NCBI GenBank assembly: GCA_002269645.1
Contig: NIVC01000068.1
Location: 124,001 to 188,000, forward strand
DNA: 64,000 bases
Source: Macrostomum lignano
Lineage: Eukaryota
Direction of reading: 5' to 3'
The notes under the pieces are model-generated. The model was given only the letters and a program-made list of their open reading frames with translations. It ran no database searches and was not told where the DNA came from. This document shows, piece by piece, positions 37,865 to 52,400 of the stretch. The position numbers and the translations under genes were made by a program. The stretch's first letter is position 1, and each line of letters opens with the position of its first letter.

Positions 37865-37944
37865 CTACAGACAGACAGACAGACAGGCAGACAGACAGAC
37901 AGACAGACAGACAGGCAGACAGACAGACAGACAGACAGACAGGC

Positions 37945-37977
<33 letters not shown>

Positions 37978-38008
37978 CACAGACAGACAGACAGGCAGAC
38001 AGACAGGC

Positions 38009-38077
<69 letters not shown>

Positions 38078-38112
38078 GGCAGACAGACAGGCAGACAGAC
38101 AGACAGACAGGC

Positions 38113-38157
<45 letters not shown>

Positions 38158-38220
38158 GGCAGACAGACAGGCAGACAGACAGACAGACAGGCAGACAGAC
38201 AGACAGACAGACAGACAGGC

Positions 38221-38273
<53 letters not shown>

Positions 38274-38276
38274 GGC

Positions 38277-38316
<40 letters not shown>

Positions 38317-38318
38317 CT

Positions 38319-38357
<39 letters not shown>

Positions 38358-38420
38358 GGCAGACAGGCAGACAGACAGACCTACAGACAGACAGACAGGC
38401 AGACAGACAGACAGACAGGC

Positions 38421-38453
<33 letters not shown>

Positions 38454-38498
38454 GGCAGACAGGCAGACAGGCAGACAGACAGGCAGACAGACAGACCT

Positions 38499-38569
<71 letters not shown>

Positions 38570-38624
38570 GGCAGACAGACAGACAGACAGACAGACAGAC
38601 ACACAGACAGACAGGCAGACAGGC

Positions 38625-38657
<33 letters not shown>

Positions 38658-38680
38658 CACAGACAGACAGGCAGACAGGC

Positions 38681-38744
<64 letters not shown>

Positions 38745-38824
38745 CTACAGACAGACAGACAGACAGGCAGACAGACAGACAGACAGACAGACAGGCAGAC
38801 AGACAGACAGACAGACAGACAGGC

Positions 38825-38857
<33 letters not shown>

Positions 38858-38880
38858 CACAGACAGACAGGCAGACAGGC

Positions 38881-38945
<65 letters not shown>

Positions 38946-39040
38946 GGCAAACAGACAGACAGACAGACTGGCAGACAGACAGACAGACAGACAGGCAAAC
39001 AGACAAACAGACAGGCAGACAAACAGACAGACAGACAGGC

Positions 39041-39080
<40 letters not shown>

Positions 39081-39178
39081 TGGCAGACAGGCAGACAGAC
39101 AGACAGACAGGCAGGCAGGCAGACCAACAGACAGACAGGAAGACAGACAGACAGACAGACAGACAGGCAGACAGACGC
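36913..39178. repeat. 2.3-kb (GACA)n microsatellite with GGCA/CACA/CCTA variants
   Basis: Direct reading. Confidence 0.98.
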
Positions 39179-39890
39179 AGCTCACTGGCCCGGTTGTTAA
39201 TAAACTAATTAGCAAAACATTATAGGGGCCTTAAAATGATAAGGATACAAAGCGATAAAACAGGATAGATGGGATGAAAAAAATCGGAATGACTTGCCCG
39301 AAAGGAAAAAATAATTGTAACATTATTATTAGTAGTAACAAATAGATAATGCAATAAAAATAACACACAGTGATTGTTTCAGCGCAAAAAACATTTCATG
39401 CAAAAGGCATAACTACTCTTTTTGTGTATGTGGCTATTTGTAATAAACGGACAACCGAAAAAAGTACATGCCTAGCTGCGAATGCGAATTATGCTACTTA
39501 AGTAGCTGTGGAATAAGTAGAGCAGTTGGAACATGAACAGAAAAAATAACACAAGGAAATGATACACAATAACAAAGCTCGAATGTTGAAATTAATCGCG
39601 CAGTTTAAAAGTACATGTACTATTAAAGACCAACTTAAAAGTACATGTACAAATAGAGTACAACTGAAACGAAGGTACAGGCATTCAGAAAGTTTGTGCG
39701 GATAACAGACCTCAACTTTGTAGAAAATGTTTAAAGTGTGCGTAAAGAAACAGTAGATATATATGATAATAATTATGAATATGAATGTAAGCGGAGGTGA
39801 GAGGTGTACAACATTGAAAAGCTTCATAACAGCTACAGTTTTCCTCAGTATTGACACATTCCTATGTCATAAGTTATGGTCTATTTATTT

Positions 39891-40505
39891 CCACTAGTTA
39901 GTCATGACCCACTGGTGACTCATCCCTGACCTACTAGTCAGTCATGACCCACTGGTGACTCATCCCTGACCCACTAGTCAGTCATGACCCACTGGTGACT
40001 CATCCCTGACCCACTAGTCAGTCATGACCCACTGGTGACTCATCCCTGACCTACTAGTCAGTCATGACCCACTGGTGACTCATCCCTGACCTACTAGTCA
40101 GTCATGACCCACTGGTGACTCATCCCTGACCCACTAGTCAGTCATGACCCACTGGTGACTCATCCCTGACCTACTAGTCAGTCATGACCCACTGGTGACT
40201 CATCCCTGACCCACTAGTCAGTCATGACCCACTGGTGACTCATCCCTGACCCACTAGTCAGTCATGACCCACTGGTGACTCATCCCTGACCCACTAGTCA
40301 GTCATGACCCACTGGTGACTCATCCCTGACCCACTAGTCAGTCATGACCCACTGGTGACTCATCCCTGACCCACTAGTCAGTCATGACCTACTGGTGACT
40401 CATCCCTGACCCACTAGTCAGTCATGACCCACTGGTGACTCATCCCTGACCCACTAGTCAGTCATGACCCACTGGTGACTCATCCCTGACCCACTAGTCA
40501 GTCAG
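39891..40505. repeat. 40-bp minisatellite, about 15 copies, each with TGACTCA
   Basis: ACTAGTCAGTCATGACCCACTGGTGACTCATCCCTGACCC repeated at 40-bp period. Confidence 0.97.
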
Positions 40506-40509
40506 TCGG

Positions 40510-43500
40510 TCACTCTCCGGACCCAGCGGCGGCATTGGCTGCAGCGGCCGCGGCAGACACGGCGGTGGCAGCGGCGGCGGCCCGGCGAGCCCAGTCGCCA
40601 GCTCCTGGCGGTGGCGGCCTGCTGCTGACATAGTCGGCATCCCGCTGCACAGTCATAGTCTGGTACTTCTCCCGCTGGGCAGGCGTGGCGATGCGTTGAA
40701 AATAGAAATCGTCAAGCAGCTGTTTGAGTTGTCGGGCCTCGCAGCTCTCCCAGGCCAGACTGCGGACCCGAACCTGCTTCCTGTCGTCGTCCTCATCCTC
40801 GGAGCTGACAAATTCGCGCTGCAGAAGCTCTTCGAGTTTGGCCGCCTCCTGAGTCTCCAAGGTGCGGGACAGGTAGCTGGCGGCCTTCTGGCGACGGCGG
40901 AGCTTCTGGTTTAGCGGGGGTGAGTTGGGAGATGAGAGTGAACAGATACCTGTTGTATACTACTGACGCATGCGCTATTTAGTAATATAATATGGAAATC
41001 ATTCATCCTGTTTTCAATCGCAATCACCCTATTTCTAATCGCACCCATCCTGTCTCTAATCTCACCTACCCTATCTCTAATCTCACCCCTCCTGTTTTCA
41101 ATCTAACCCTCTTGTTTTAAATCGCACCTATCTCACCGTCCCATCTCACCTAGCCTATTTCTAGTCTCACCCATCCTGTTTTTAATCTCACCCAACCTAT
41201 TTCTAATCTCACCCAACCTATTTCTAATCTCACCCAACCTATTTCGAATCTCACCCACCATATCTCTAATCGCACCTAGCATATTTCTAATCTCACCCTC
41301 TTGTTTTAAATCTCACCCACTTTATCCGTAACCTCATCTACATAATCTCTAATCTCACCCATCATATCTCTAATCTCACCTAGCCTATTTCTAATCTCAC
41401 CCATCCTGTTTTTAATCTCACCCAACCTATTTCTAATCTCACCCAACCTATTTCTAATCTCACCCAACCTATTTCGAATCTCACCCACCATATCTCTAAT
41501 CGCACCTAGCATATTTCTAATCTCACCCTCTTGTTTCAAATCTCACCCACTTTATCCGTAACCTCATCTACATAATCTCTAATCTCACCCATCATATCTC
41601 TAATCTCACCTAGCCTATTTCTAATCTCACCCATCCTGTTTTTAATCTCACCCAACCTATTTCTAATCTCACCCACCCTATCCCTAATCTCACCTAACCT
41701 ATCTCTAATCTCACCATCCTCTCTGTAGCAACACAAGCCACAAGAGTCAGCAGCAACACAAACCTTCATTCGCGAAGTGAACCTCCTAGCGCGCTCATTG
41801 CTGCCAATATCTTTCAGTCGGCGAAATATGTCTTTCATAGCGGCGAGAAAGGAGTCAGTAAGGCTCGCTTCTGCAACAGAGGGATAAAAATTAAGTATCT
41901 ATTATGTTAATTTAGCTACTAAAAAAGTTTAAAATTCAAATAAAAAGTCAAGCAACATCTCTCACCTCGTCCATCTCCATCGCAACAGCCCAGTCTGCCG
42001 ATTGCGCGGCGAATAACTTTGCGAGTAATTTCCACATTCAAAGCGTGAGTGAATGGCAGATTCAGTTTGAACAGATGCGGCCCGGTTCCTTTTAGCTCTT
42101 TGTAGCACTCGCGTAGCAGAGCCTAAACATATTTTACAATGCAAAGAAAGGTAAAAAACGGCCCTTTTAAGTACGCTCGAAACTTCAAAGCTCGAATCTC
42201 ATGAGCTCGAATCTACTTGAGCTCGAATCTACATGAGCTCGAATCTACATGAGCTCGAATCTACATGAGTTCGAATCTACATGAGCTCGAATCTACATGA
42301 GCTCGAATCTACATGAGTTCGAATCTACATGAGCTCGAATCTCATGAGCTCGAATCTACATGAGCTCGAATCTACATGAGCTCGAATCTACATGAGTTCG
42401 AATCTACATGAGTTCGAATCTACATGAGTTCGAATCTACATGAGTTCGAATCTACATGACTTCGAATCTACATGAGCTCGAATCTACATGAGTTCGAATC
42501 TACATGAATTCGAATCTACATGAGCTCGAATCTACATGAATTCGAATCTACATGAGCTCGAATCTACATGAATTCGAATCTACATGAGCTCGAATCTACA
42601 TGAATTCGAATCTACATGAATTTGAATCTACATGAGTTCGAATCTACATGAGCTCGAATCTACATGAATTCGAATCTACATGAGCTCGAATCTACATGAA
42701 TTCGAATCTACATGAGCTCGAATCTACATGAATTCGAATCTACATGAGCTCGAATCTACATGAGTTCGAATCTACATGAGCTCGAATCTACATGACTTTG
42801 AATCTACATGAGCTCGAATCTACATGAGCTTGAATCTACATGAGCTCGAATCTACATGAGCTCGAATCTACATGAGCTCGAATCTACATGACTTTGAATC
42901 TACATGAGCTCGAATCTACATGAGCTCGAATCTACATGAGCTCGAATCTACATGAGCTCGAATCTACATGAATTCGAATCTACATGAGCTCGAATCTACA
43001 TGAATTCGAATCTACATGAATTCGAATCTACATCAGCATAAGACTTCACACGTTCGAAGCCTTATCTTGTCGAAAACGTCTTGCCAGAATCACTTACGCT
43101 AGCTTAAAAAACTTACAACACAAATGCTTTCAAGTTCAACGTTTTAAGAAATGTCGGGTCTTTCTTTATCAACTCACCCGAGACTCCGCAGGGTCCATCG
43201 GCAGGCCTGACTTGCCAGAACCGCCGCTTCCACTGCTGCCTCCGCCTCCACCGCCAACAGAAGCGACAACCTCCTCGCCAGCCACCGTCGGCATACTCAG
43301 AATCGAACCGAAGCATCTAACAGTCGAAGCACCGCTGCCCAGATCTTCTTCGCTGTCGTCGGCTGCTCCTGCCGCTGGCAATTCGCCGACAATGGCATCT
43401 CCGGCGTCAACAACATCAGAGGGAGGCGGAGGCTGCGATGAAGGAGACGACAGATCCAACTGACGCCTGGGCATGACAGTCAGCTGGATCTGACGCTGCT

Positions 43501-44212
43501 GCTTCTTCTGACTGGTTGGTGGCTGCTGTTGCTGTTGAATCTTGATCGGATGCTGGATATGCAGGAGTTGGTCAGCCGCCACTGCTAAGCAATTGTTAAG
43601 GCTCGAGTCTACGCCGACTGTGGATGAGTCATCTTCAACGCTAAGCTGTTCGTCATCAAGATGCTGAGCATCGGTGCTGGGCCTCTGCTGTTGCTGCTGT
43701 CGATGAGGCCGCTTTCTACAGCGTCGTTTAGCAATGGGAATGATCGACGGCCGCGACTGAGGCGATGAGGCTACAGATTGAGCAGCAGATTTGGTTGTAG
43801 CTGGCAGATTTGGAGACTGGCGCTGCTGATGCTGCTGATGAAGCTGAAGATGGTGAGATGGCAGCGGTACGGTGGAATCAGCACTGCTTGACGATGTTGT
43901 CGGAGCTGCAGCGGCTGCGGCAGCGGCGGCGGCTGCTGCTGCGGCTGCTGAGGCGGCAGTAGGACAGGGGCCATTGTGCATCTCGTAGAACTGGCACACC
44001 GTGTCAAGGGACGGCCGCATGGCTTCAACAGCGTGCAGGTAGACTTGACCAATGAGGCGCATGCAGGTGACCACGTCTTTCAGGGGCATGCGATCGATCA
44101 GCAGGGTGAGGTTGCTCAGGGTGCACTCGAACAGCGTTAGGGGCGGCAGCAGGTTGCTGGCGCCTGGGGCCAGGGAGGCCGGCAGGAGGGTCGGCAGTGC
44201 CTGGCAGGACAT
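40510..44212 (-). CDS. DUF4616/C14orf93-like protein, paralogue A, 4 exons, ~564 aa
   Basis: Exons 44212-43178, 42122-41966, 41870-41764, 40905-40510 (phases 0,1,0; GT-AG); in-frame TAA upstream of ATG; C-terminus KLRRRQKA...FVSSEDED...LAWES...LD...SSRPPP...WA; homologous to paralogue B. Family label is from memory. Confidence 0.8.
41030..41718. repeat. Diverged 21-bp repeat with a 230-bp higher-order duplication (intron 3 of paralogue A)
   Basis: Unique marker ATCCGTAACC at 41324 and 41554. Confidence 0.9.
42190..43033. repeat. 16-bp minisatellite (CATGAGCTCGAATCTA) in intron 1 of paralogue A
   Basis: 16-bp period. Confidence 0.96.
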
Positions 44213-44310
44213 TGCTGCTGCTGCTTGTTGCTGCTTTTAGGAGCCGGCTTCTGGGAGTTGCTGTTGCTGTGCAGAGCGGGTGGCGATCTGGAACTGCGGG
44301 AGGGGGGCAA

Positions 44311-44333
44311 TCTGTCTGTCTGTCGGTCTGTCG

Positions 44334-44408
<75 letters not shown>

Positions 44409-44409
44409 C

Positions 44410-44469
<60 letters not shown>

Positions 44470-44478
44470 GTCTGTCTA
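44311..44478. repeat. (TCTG)n/(TCTA)n microsatellite
   Basis: Direct reading. Confidence 0.95.
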
Positions 44479-44523
44479 GCTCTGAAAGCAAAAAAACATA
44501 AAAAGCAACGAGTTTCTATTACG

Positions 44524-44531
44524 TGACGTCA
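44524..44531. promoter_or_regulatory. Perfect CRE palindrome TGACGTCA upstream of paralogue A
   Basis: ACGTGACGTCAC about 310 nt upstream of the ATG at 44212; function is inference. Confidence 0.3.
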
Positions 44532-45103
44532 CACAAACAAAGTATGTATTGTTATTAATTGCTGGATTGATGAAGCTGAGCAGCTGTGCTTCAAAAATAC
44601 AACATGGCAAATGGTGACAGACATGTAAAATGAAAGCAATAGAATTGAATTTCCTAGCAAATTATTGAAGTAATAAACGCAATGCGATCACTGTTTGAAG
44701 CAGAGGATGATCAATAATAGTGGTGCAAATGAAGTTTTAAAAAAAGAATTCTTTAGTCACAAAATATGTATGGGAGCTGATGCAAGTTTTATTTTATTAA
44801 AAATATAGTTATAAAATAGAATGCTCAGTCAACTACAAGAGGGAAATTATCAACAGATGGAATTATTGCCTATTGGTGACCAATTGAAATACCTGTTGAG
44901 TAACCGCCTCACATGCAAGTACATGTATTCTTATTTAAAAAAACAAAAGTAATGACGATGCTTGAATTAACAGATGAATTATTGAACAGATTGCCGATTT
45001 TGTTGTTGTTTAATTACTTATTGTAACTGCTGCAAACTGAATTAGAGCTTCGTTGACCATTGACTTGGACACAATATGGAATAGGCGGGCATAGACAACA
45101 GTG

Positions 45104-46378
45104 AGACAGACAGACACAGCAGACAGACACAGCAGACAGACACAGCAGACAGAAAGCAGACAGACAGACAGCAGACAGACAGACAGCAAACAGACAAGCA
45201 GACAGACAGACAGCAGACAGACAAGCAGACAAACAGACAGCAGACAGACACAGCAGACAGACAGACAGACAGCAGACAGACACAGCAGACAGACAGACAG
45301 ACAGACAGCAGACAGACACAGCAGACAGACACAGCAGACAGACAAGCAGACAGACACAGCAGACAGACAAGCAGACAGACAAGCAGACAGACACAGCAGA
45401 CAGACAAGCAGACAGACACAGCAGACAGACAAGCAGACAGACACAGCAGAAAGACAAGCAGACAGACACAGCAGACAGACAAGCAGACAGACAAGCAGAC
45501 AGACACAGCAGAAAGACACAGCAGACAGACAAGCAGACAGACACAGCAGACAGACAAGCAGACAGACACAGCAGAAAGACACAGCAGACAGACAAGCAGA
45601 CAGACACAGCAGACAGACAAGCAGACAGACAAGCAGACAGACACAGCAGACAGACAAGCAGACAGACACAGCAGACAGACAAGCAGACAGACACAGCAGA
45701 CAGACACAGCAGAAAGACACAGCAGACAGACAAGCAGACAGACAAGCAGACAGACAAGCAGACAGACACAGCAGACAGATACAGCAGAAAGACACAGCAG
45801 ACAGACACAGCAGACAGATACAGCAGAAAGACACAGCAGACAGACAAGCAGACAGACAGACAGCAGAAAGACACAGCAGACAGACAAGCAGACAGACAAG
45901 CAGACAGACAGACAGCAGACAGACACAGCAGACAGACAGCAGACAGACACAGCAGACAGACAGACAGCAGACAGACACAGCAGACAGACAAGCAGACAAA
46001 CAGACAGCAGACAGACACAGCAGACAGACAGCAGACAGACATAGCAGACAGACAGACAGCAGACAGACACAGCAGACAGACAAGCAGACAAACAGACAGC
46101 AGACAGACACAGCAGACAGACAGCAGACAGACACAGCAGACAGACAGACAGCAGACAGACACAGCAGACAGACAAGCAGACAAACAGACAGCAGACAGAC
46201 ACAGCAGACAGACAAGCAGACAGACAAGCAGACAGACACAGCAGACAGACAAGCAGACAGACACAGCAGACAGACAAGCAGACAGACACAGCAGACAGAC
46301 AAGCAGACAGACACAGCAGAAAGACACAGCAGAAAGACACAGCAGACAGACAAGCAGACAGAAACAGCAGACGGACAG
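45104..46378. repeat. Mixed GACA/GCA simple repeat
   Basis: Direct reading. Confidence 0.95.
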
Positions 46379-46416
46379 GAAACCAGAGAAAGAAGCGATG
46401 AGTTCAGAGTGCCTCT

Positions 46417-49400
46417 CTACATCCGCTTAGCCCAGCCGGGACACTCGCTAGGCGGAGGTCGGGAGCTGCGGCAGGCGGGGTCCCGCCTCAGCCGGGTCAT
46501 CTCGCCGCGCTGTTTCTCGTCAGCCAGGTTGTCGTGGAACAGTTGGTCAAGCCGGTGTTTCATGTCGCGCAGTTCGTCAGACTCCCATGGGAGCTGTTTG
46601 ACTCGCATCTCGCTGTCTAAATCGGCGCCGCACTCTTCATCTGAGGAGGTGAAGTCGCGGTTGAGCACAGATTCGTAGCGTTCTCGGGCGGCTGAGTCCA
46701 GAGTGGGCTTCAGGCTGTCGTAGGCTTTCTGGCGGCGGTTGAGCTTCTGCCAGGGTGTTGGGGCGTTTCGATGGGGATTATGAGTCACGACAGACATTTA
46801 GCCTTGCTGAACTTGTCCTGAAGTGACCCTGAAGCTTATTGATACTCATCCTGAAGTGACCCTGAAGCTTATTATTACTCATCCGGAAGTGACCCAGAAG
46901 CTTATTAATACTCATCCTGAAGTGACCCTGAAGCTTATTGATACTCATCCTGAAGTGACCCTGAAGCTTATTGATACTCATCCTGAAGTGACCCTGAAGC
47001 TTATTGATACTCATCCTGAAGTGATCCTGAAGCTTATTGATACTCATCCTAAAGTGACACTGAAGCTTATTGATACTCATCCTGAAGTGACCCTGAAGCT
47101 TATTGATACTCATCCTGAAGTGATCCTGAAGCTTATTGATACTCATCCTGAGGTGATCCTGAAGCTTATTGATACTCAACCTGAAGTGACCCTGAAGCTT
47201 ATTGATACTCATCCTGAAGTGACCCTGAAGCTTATTGATACTCATCCTGAAGTGACCCTGAAGCTTATTGATACTCATCCTGAAGTGACCCTGAAGCTTA
47301 TTACTCATCCTGAAGTGACCCTGAAGCTTATTGATACTCATCCTGAAGTGACCCTGAAGCTTATTATTACTCATCCTGAAGTGACCCTGAAGCTTATTGA
47401 TACTCATCCTGAAGTGACCCTGAAGCTTATTGATACTCAACCTGAAGTGACCCTGAAGCTTATTGATACTCATCCTGAAGTGACCCTGAAGCTTATTACT
47501 CATCCTGAAGTGACCTGAAGCTTATTGATACTCATCCTGAAGTGACCCTGAAGCTTATTATTACTCATCCTGAAGTGACCCTGAAGCTTATTACTCATCC
47601 TGAAGTGACCCTGAAGCTTATTGATACTCATCCTGAAGTGACCCTGAAGCTTATTACTCATCCTGAAGTGACCCTGAAGCTTATTGATACTCATCCTGAA
47701 GTGACCCTGAAGCTTATTGATACTCATCCTGAAGTGACCCTGAAGCTTATTGATACTCATCCTGAAGTGACCCTGAAGCTTATTGATACTCATTCTGAAG
47801 TGATCCTGAAGCTTATTGATACTCATCCTGAAGTGATCCTGAAGCTTATTAATACTCATCCTGAAGTGATCCTGAAGCTTATTGATACTCATCCTGAAGT
47901 GACCCTGAAGCTTATTGATACTCATCCTGAAGTGACACTGAAGCTTATTATGACTCATCCTGAAGTGACCCTGAAGCTTATTGATACTCATCCTGAAGTG
48001 ACCCTGAAGCTTATTGATACTCATCCTGAAGTGACCCTGAAGCTTATTGATACTCATCCTGAAGTGACCCTGAAGCTTATTGATACTCATTCTGAAGTGA
48101 TCCTGAAGCTTATTGATACTCATCCTGAAGTGATCCTGAAGCTTATTAATACTCATCCTGAAGTGATCCTGAAGCTTATTGATACTCATCCTGAAGTGAC
48201 ACTGAAGCTTATTACTCATCCTGAAGTGACACTGAAGCTTATTATGACTCATCCTGAAGTGACCCTGAAGCTTATTACTCATCCTGAGGTGATCCTGAAG
48301 CTTATTAATACTCATCCTGAGGTGATCCTGAAGCTTATTGATACTCATCCTGAAGTGACCCTGAAGCTTATTGATACTCATCCTGAAGTGACCCTGAAGC
48401 TTATTAATACTCAATCTGAAGTGATCCTGAAGCTTATTATGACTCATCCTGAAGTGACCCTGAAGCTTATTGATACTCATCCTGATGCGACTCTAAAGTT
48501 ATATATCTATGCTGAATTTACTTCCGCTAAAGTTTTGATTCTTATTATTTATAGGCAGTTAATTGAAATATCCTGCTTTTAAAAATTCCTGAATTAATGA
48601 TAAACACTTGTGATAAGTGATTCCGAAGAAGTATATAATACCTGCTTGCAATTGCTGTTTGCTTTTTTTATATCGAAACCTTAACTACAGAATTGTAACA
48701 ACATAAGTGTAGACAAAAGACTGAAAGCAACTCAGAGATGGGAGACAGAAGACTGAAAGCAACTCAGAGAAGGGAGACAGAAGACAGAAAAGCAACCCAG
48801 AGATGGGAGACAGAAGACTGAAAGCAACTCAGAGAAGGGAGACAGAAGACTGAAAGCAACTCAGAGAAGGGAGACAGACTGAAAGCAACCCAGAGATGGG
48901 AGACAGAATACTGAAAGCAACTCAGAGATGGGAGACAAAAGACTGAAAGCAACTCAGAGATGGGAGACAGAAGACTGAAAGCAACTCAGAGAAGGGAGAC
49001 AGACTGAAAGCAACTCAGGGATGGGAGACAAAAGACTGAAAGACAACTGCAATACAAAATTTACTCAATCGAAAAAGATACTAACCTAAAACAGGAAATG
49101 TCAATAACTTATCCATATGGTTCAACAAAGGCAAAAGCAGAAACACTTAATCCTAAATTCGAAATTCGAAAGAATTAGACAACATAATAAAAAAACCAGA
49201 TGGTATGAGCCACATCCCAGTGGGAGTTCAGAAACACCATTTAGTCCAGTCAAGGTGTGAAGTCACACGTGACAAAGGTAATTAGCAAGACGTATCAATT
49301 GTGCAAATCGAGTCAACCCAACAGCAGGGGACAGGGGGACGTATGGGGTACGTCGCAGTCACAAACACCTGGATGAAGGACGCTGGGAAACTGCCTCAAT

Positions 49401-52400
49401 GGACCAAAACGCGAATTAAAAACTTCCCGGACTAAAGACTTCAACGCTTGACTGGAGTTGAATAAGTTTTATAATCAAGCTATCAGCTTGGCCTGTAAAT
49501 GCTAAATAAGATGGGTTATTAAGGGAGCCTTTCACAGCCATATACTCGTACCGGGTACTATATATTGTAGCCATTTATATACAGCATGAGACTGAGACAC
49601 ATGAATGACAGACTGAGACACATGAATGACAGACTGAGACACATGAATGAGACTAAGACACAGGAATGAGAGACTGAGACACATGAATGAGACTGAGACA
49701 CATGAATGACAGACTGAGACACATGAATGAGACTAAGACACAGGAATGAGAGACTGAGACACAGGAATGACAGACTGAGACACATTAATGAGAGACTGAG
49801 ACACATTAATGAGAGACTGAGACACATTAATGAGAGACTGAGACACATGAATGAGAGACTGAGACACATTAATGAGACTGGGACACATGAATGACAGACT
49901 AAGACACATGAATGACAGACTGAGACACATTAATGAGAGACTGAGACACATGAATGAGAGACTGAGACACATGAATGACAGACTGAGACACATTAATGAG
50001 AGACTGAGACACAGGAATGACAGATTGAGACACATGAATGACAGACTGAGACACATTAATGAGAGACTGAGACACATTAATGACAGACTGAGACACAGGG
50101 ATGACAGACTGGACACATGAATGGCAGACTGAGACACATAAATTAGAGAATGATTACAAAAATTATAAAACCTAGGTCTGGGATTAAGAATAATATATAG
50201 GTCAAATTTAAGCAGTACAAAGAAGAGCTGCTTAGGGCAAAATGTGACAATTTTTCTAGATTCGGTCTGGCTAGTTACAAATTCTAAGACGATGACAAGC
50301 TGTCATTAAGCCAGTCAAGCATATGATATAAGCTCAGTAATTAGCCCTCAATAGGGTAATCTGATTATTAATCTCTAGATGAAAATTAGGAGAAAGTAGT
50401 TTTTTGAATATTGACAAGTCGCGAGACTTCATGACATTTCACTCTCCTTAAGCCTATTTAGTTTCTAGCCAACTTACCGCCTAGAGCTAGCTTGAGAAAA
50501 TTTCCATAACCAAGGCCTAACACCACTACACACCCTGGGGTCCTTAGCCATAGGGCAATGGTCTGGCTAATTCTGGCTCGCGAAAACCCTTGGGTCCTTT
50601 AAAACTTCACAAAGGCGTGTTTGTGTCTCTTTCTCTACCTACTTCTCTTTATCTTACTCTCTTCTCTTCCCTCTTGTCTCCTCTCTCCTCTCAACTCTTC
50701 TGTCTTATCTCGTCTCTTATGTCCTTATCTCTCCTCTCTTATCTCCTTATCTCTCCTCTCTTATCTCCTCTCTTATCTCTACTCTCCTCTCTCCTCTCTT
50801 ATCTCTCCTCTCTTATCTCCTCCCTTATCTCCTCTCTTATCTCCTCTCTTATCTCTCCTCTCTAATCTCCTCTCTTATCTCTCCTCTCTTATCTCCTCTC
50901 TTATCTCTTCTCTCTTATCTCCTCTCTTATCTCTCCTCTCTTATCTCTCCTTCCCCTCTTATACTCGTATCTCCTCTCCCCTCTTATCTCTCCTCTCCCC
51001 GATCTTATCTCTCATCTCCTTTTCTCCCTTTGCAGCTCTCCTTTACCCTTTCCTCTCTAATATCCAATCGCCCTTCTTATCTCTCATCTCCGCTCATCTC
51101 TTATCTCCTCTCACCTCTTATCTCTCTCCTATTCTCCCTTCGCAGCTTTCCTTTCACTTTCCTCTTTATTATTCTCTCTTATCTCCCCTTCCCCTCTAAA
51201 CACTCCTCCCCTCTCGCCTCTCCTCTACTCTCCCCTCGAATTTCCCCTTCCCCATCTTCTTCCATATTTTATCTCTTATCTCATACTCTCATCTTTTCTA
51301 ATTACTTCTCTCCTTTCATCTTCTCATCTCAGCTACTCTCTTTTCTCTTGTTAATCCTCACATCTACTCTCTCTCTCTCTCATCTCTATTCTCCTGTCTA
51401 AGGCCTTTCTCGCCCCTAATCTATCTCCTACCGACCCCTATCACAGGGAATTGATGCAAACTATTTGAAAAAGGACAGAAAATAATGCGCCAAACTCAGA
51501 ATAATTAGCAAATTTAGGCATCTGCAAAGTCTCGAACAAATGCCAGGGATGGATAGACTGAATTGTGAAAGGTGACAATGGAAATGTGCTAAGTCGCGCA
51601 TATGACTGCAGCTTCTATGGACAAAATTGAAAACAATGGTCTGGCACCCTGCGGGGGACTGTCGTTTGAAAACAAAGACCTTAATAGAATGCACGAATTG
51701 CGTAATATAGCTCGAAAGCGAAAGTGGTCAGTCAACGTGCCCATATTGCCTAGGGGGAGGGGAGACTTAGCAAGAATAAGGAGACTTAGTTGGGACTTTA
51801 CTATTATTGATACTGCGCAGTATCCAGTAGCTTTAGCCAGAGAGAATAAAGGTGCAAATTATGCCTAACCAAATCATATGCCCATTCGTATAATATTAAA
51901 CCATTTTTACCCGCAGGCCAACTGTGTGAAATAGAAAAAGTGCTAAATAAAAACAACACCTTCTAACTATGAGCAATGGCATTGAATCCAGTAACCCGTA
52001 AACTTTATATGCGTTTGTGAAATGAAAAGGTGAATAATACTGAGTTGATTATTGCGGGTAGAGAGGTGCGCTAGCAGAATCTTTCCCTGCTCTGATTTAT
52101 AAGTCTGACAATTTTAGATGTAACTGAGATGACGGAAAAAAGAAGAAAAGAAAATGGATTATGATGGAGACTTGGAGAAAGAGAAATATTGGAGAAATAT
52201 TGGGAGAAAAATAGGATGGAGAAAAGGAGAAAAATGGAGACTGGGAGTATAAGAGGATGGAGACGGGGAGAAAAATTGGATGAAGACTAGAAGACGGAGA
52301 CTGGGAGAATGAGAGGATGGAGACTGGGAGACTGAGGATGGAGACTGGGAGAAAGAGGATGCAGACCGGGAGAAAGAGGATGGAGACCGGGAGAAAGAGG

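Noticed and set aside
51602-51868. 88-aa + strand ORF in intron 3 of paralogue B
   Set aside because: No motif, splice support or homology recognised.
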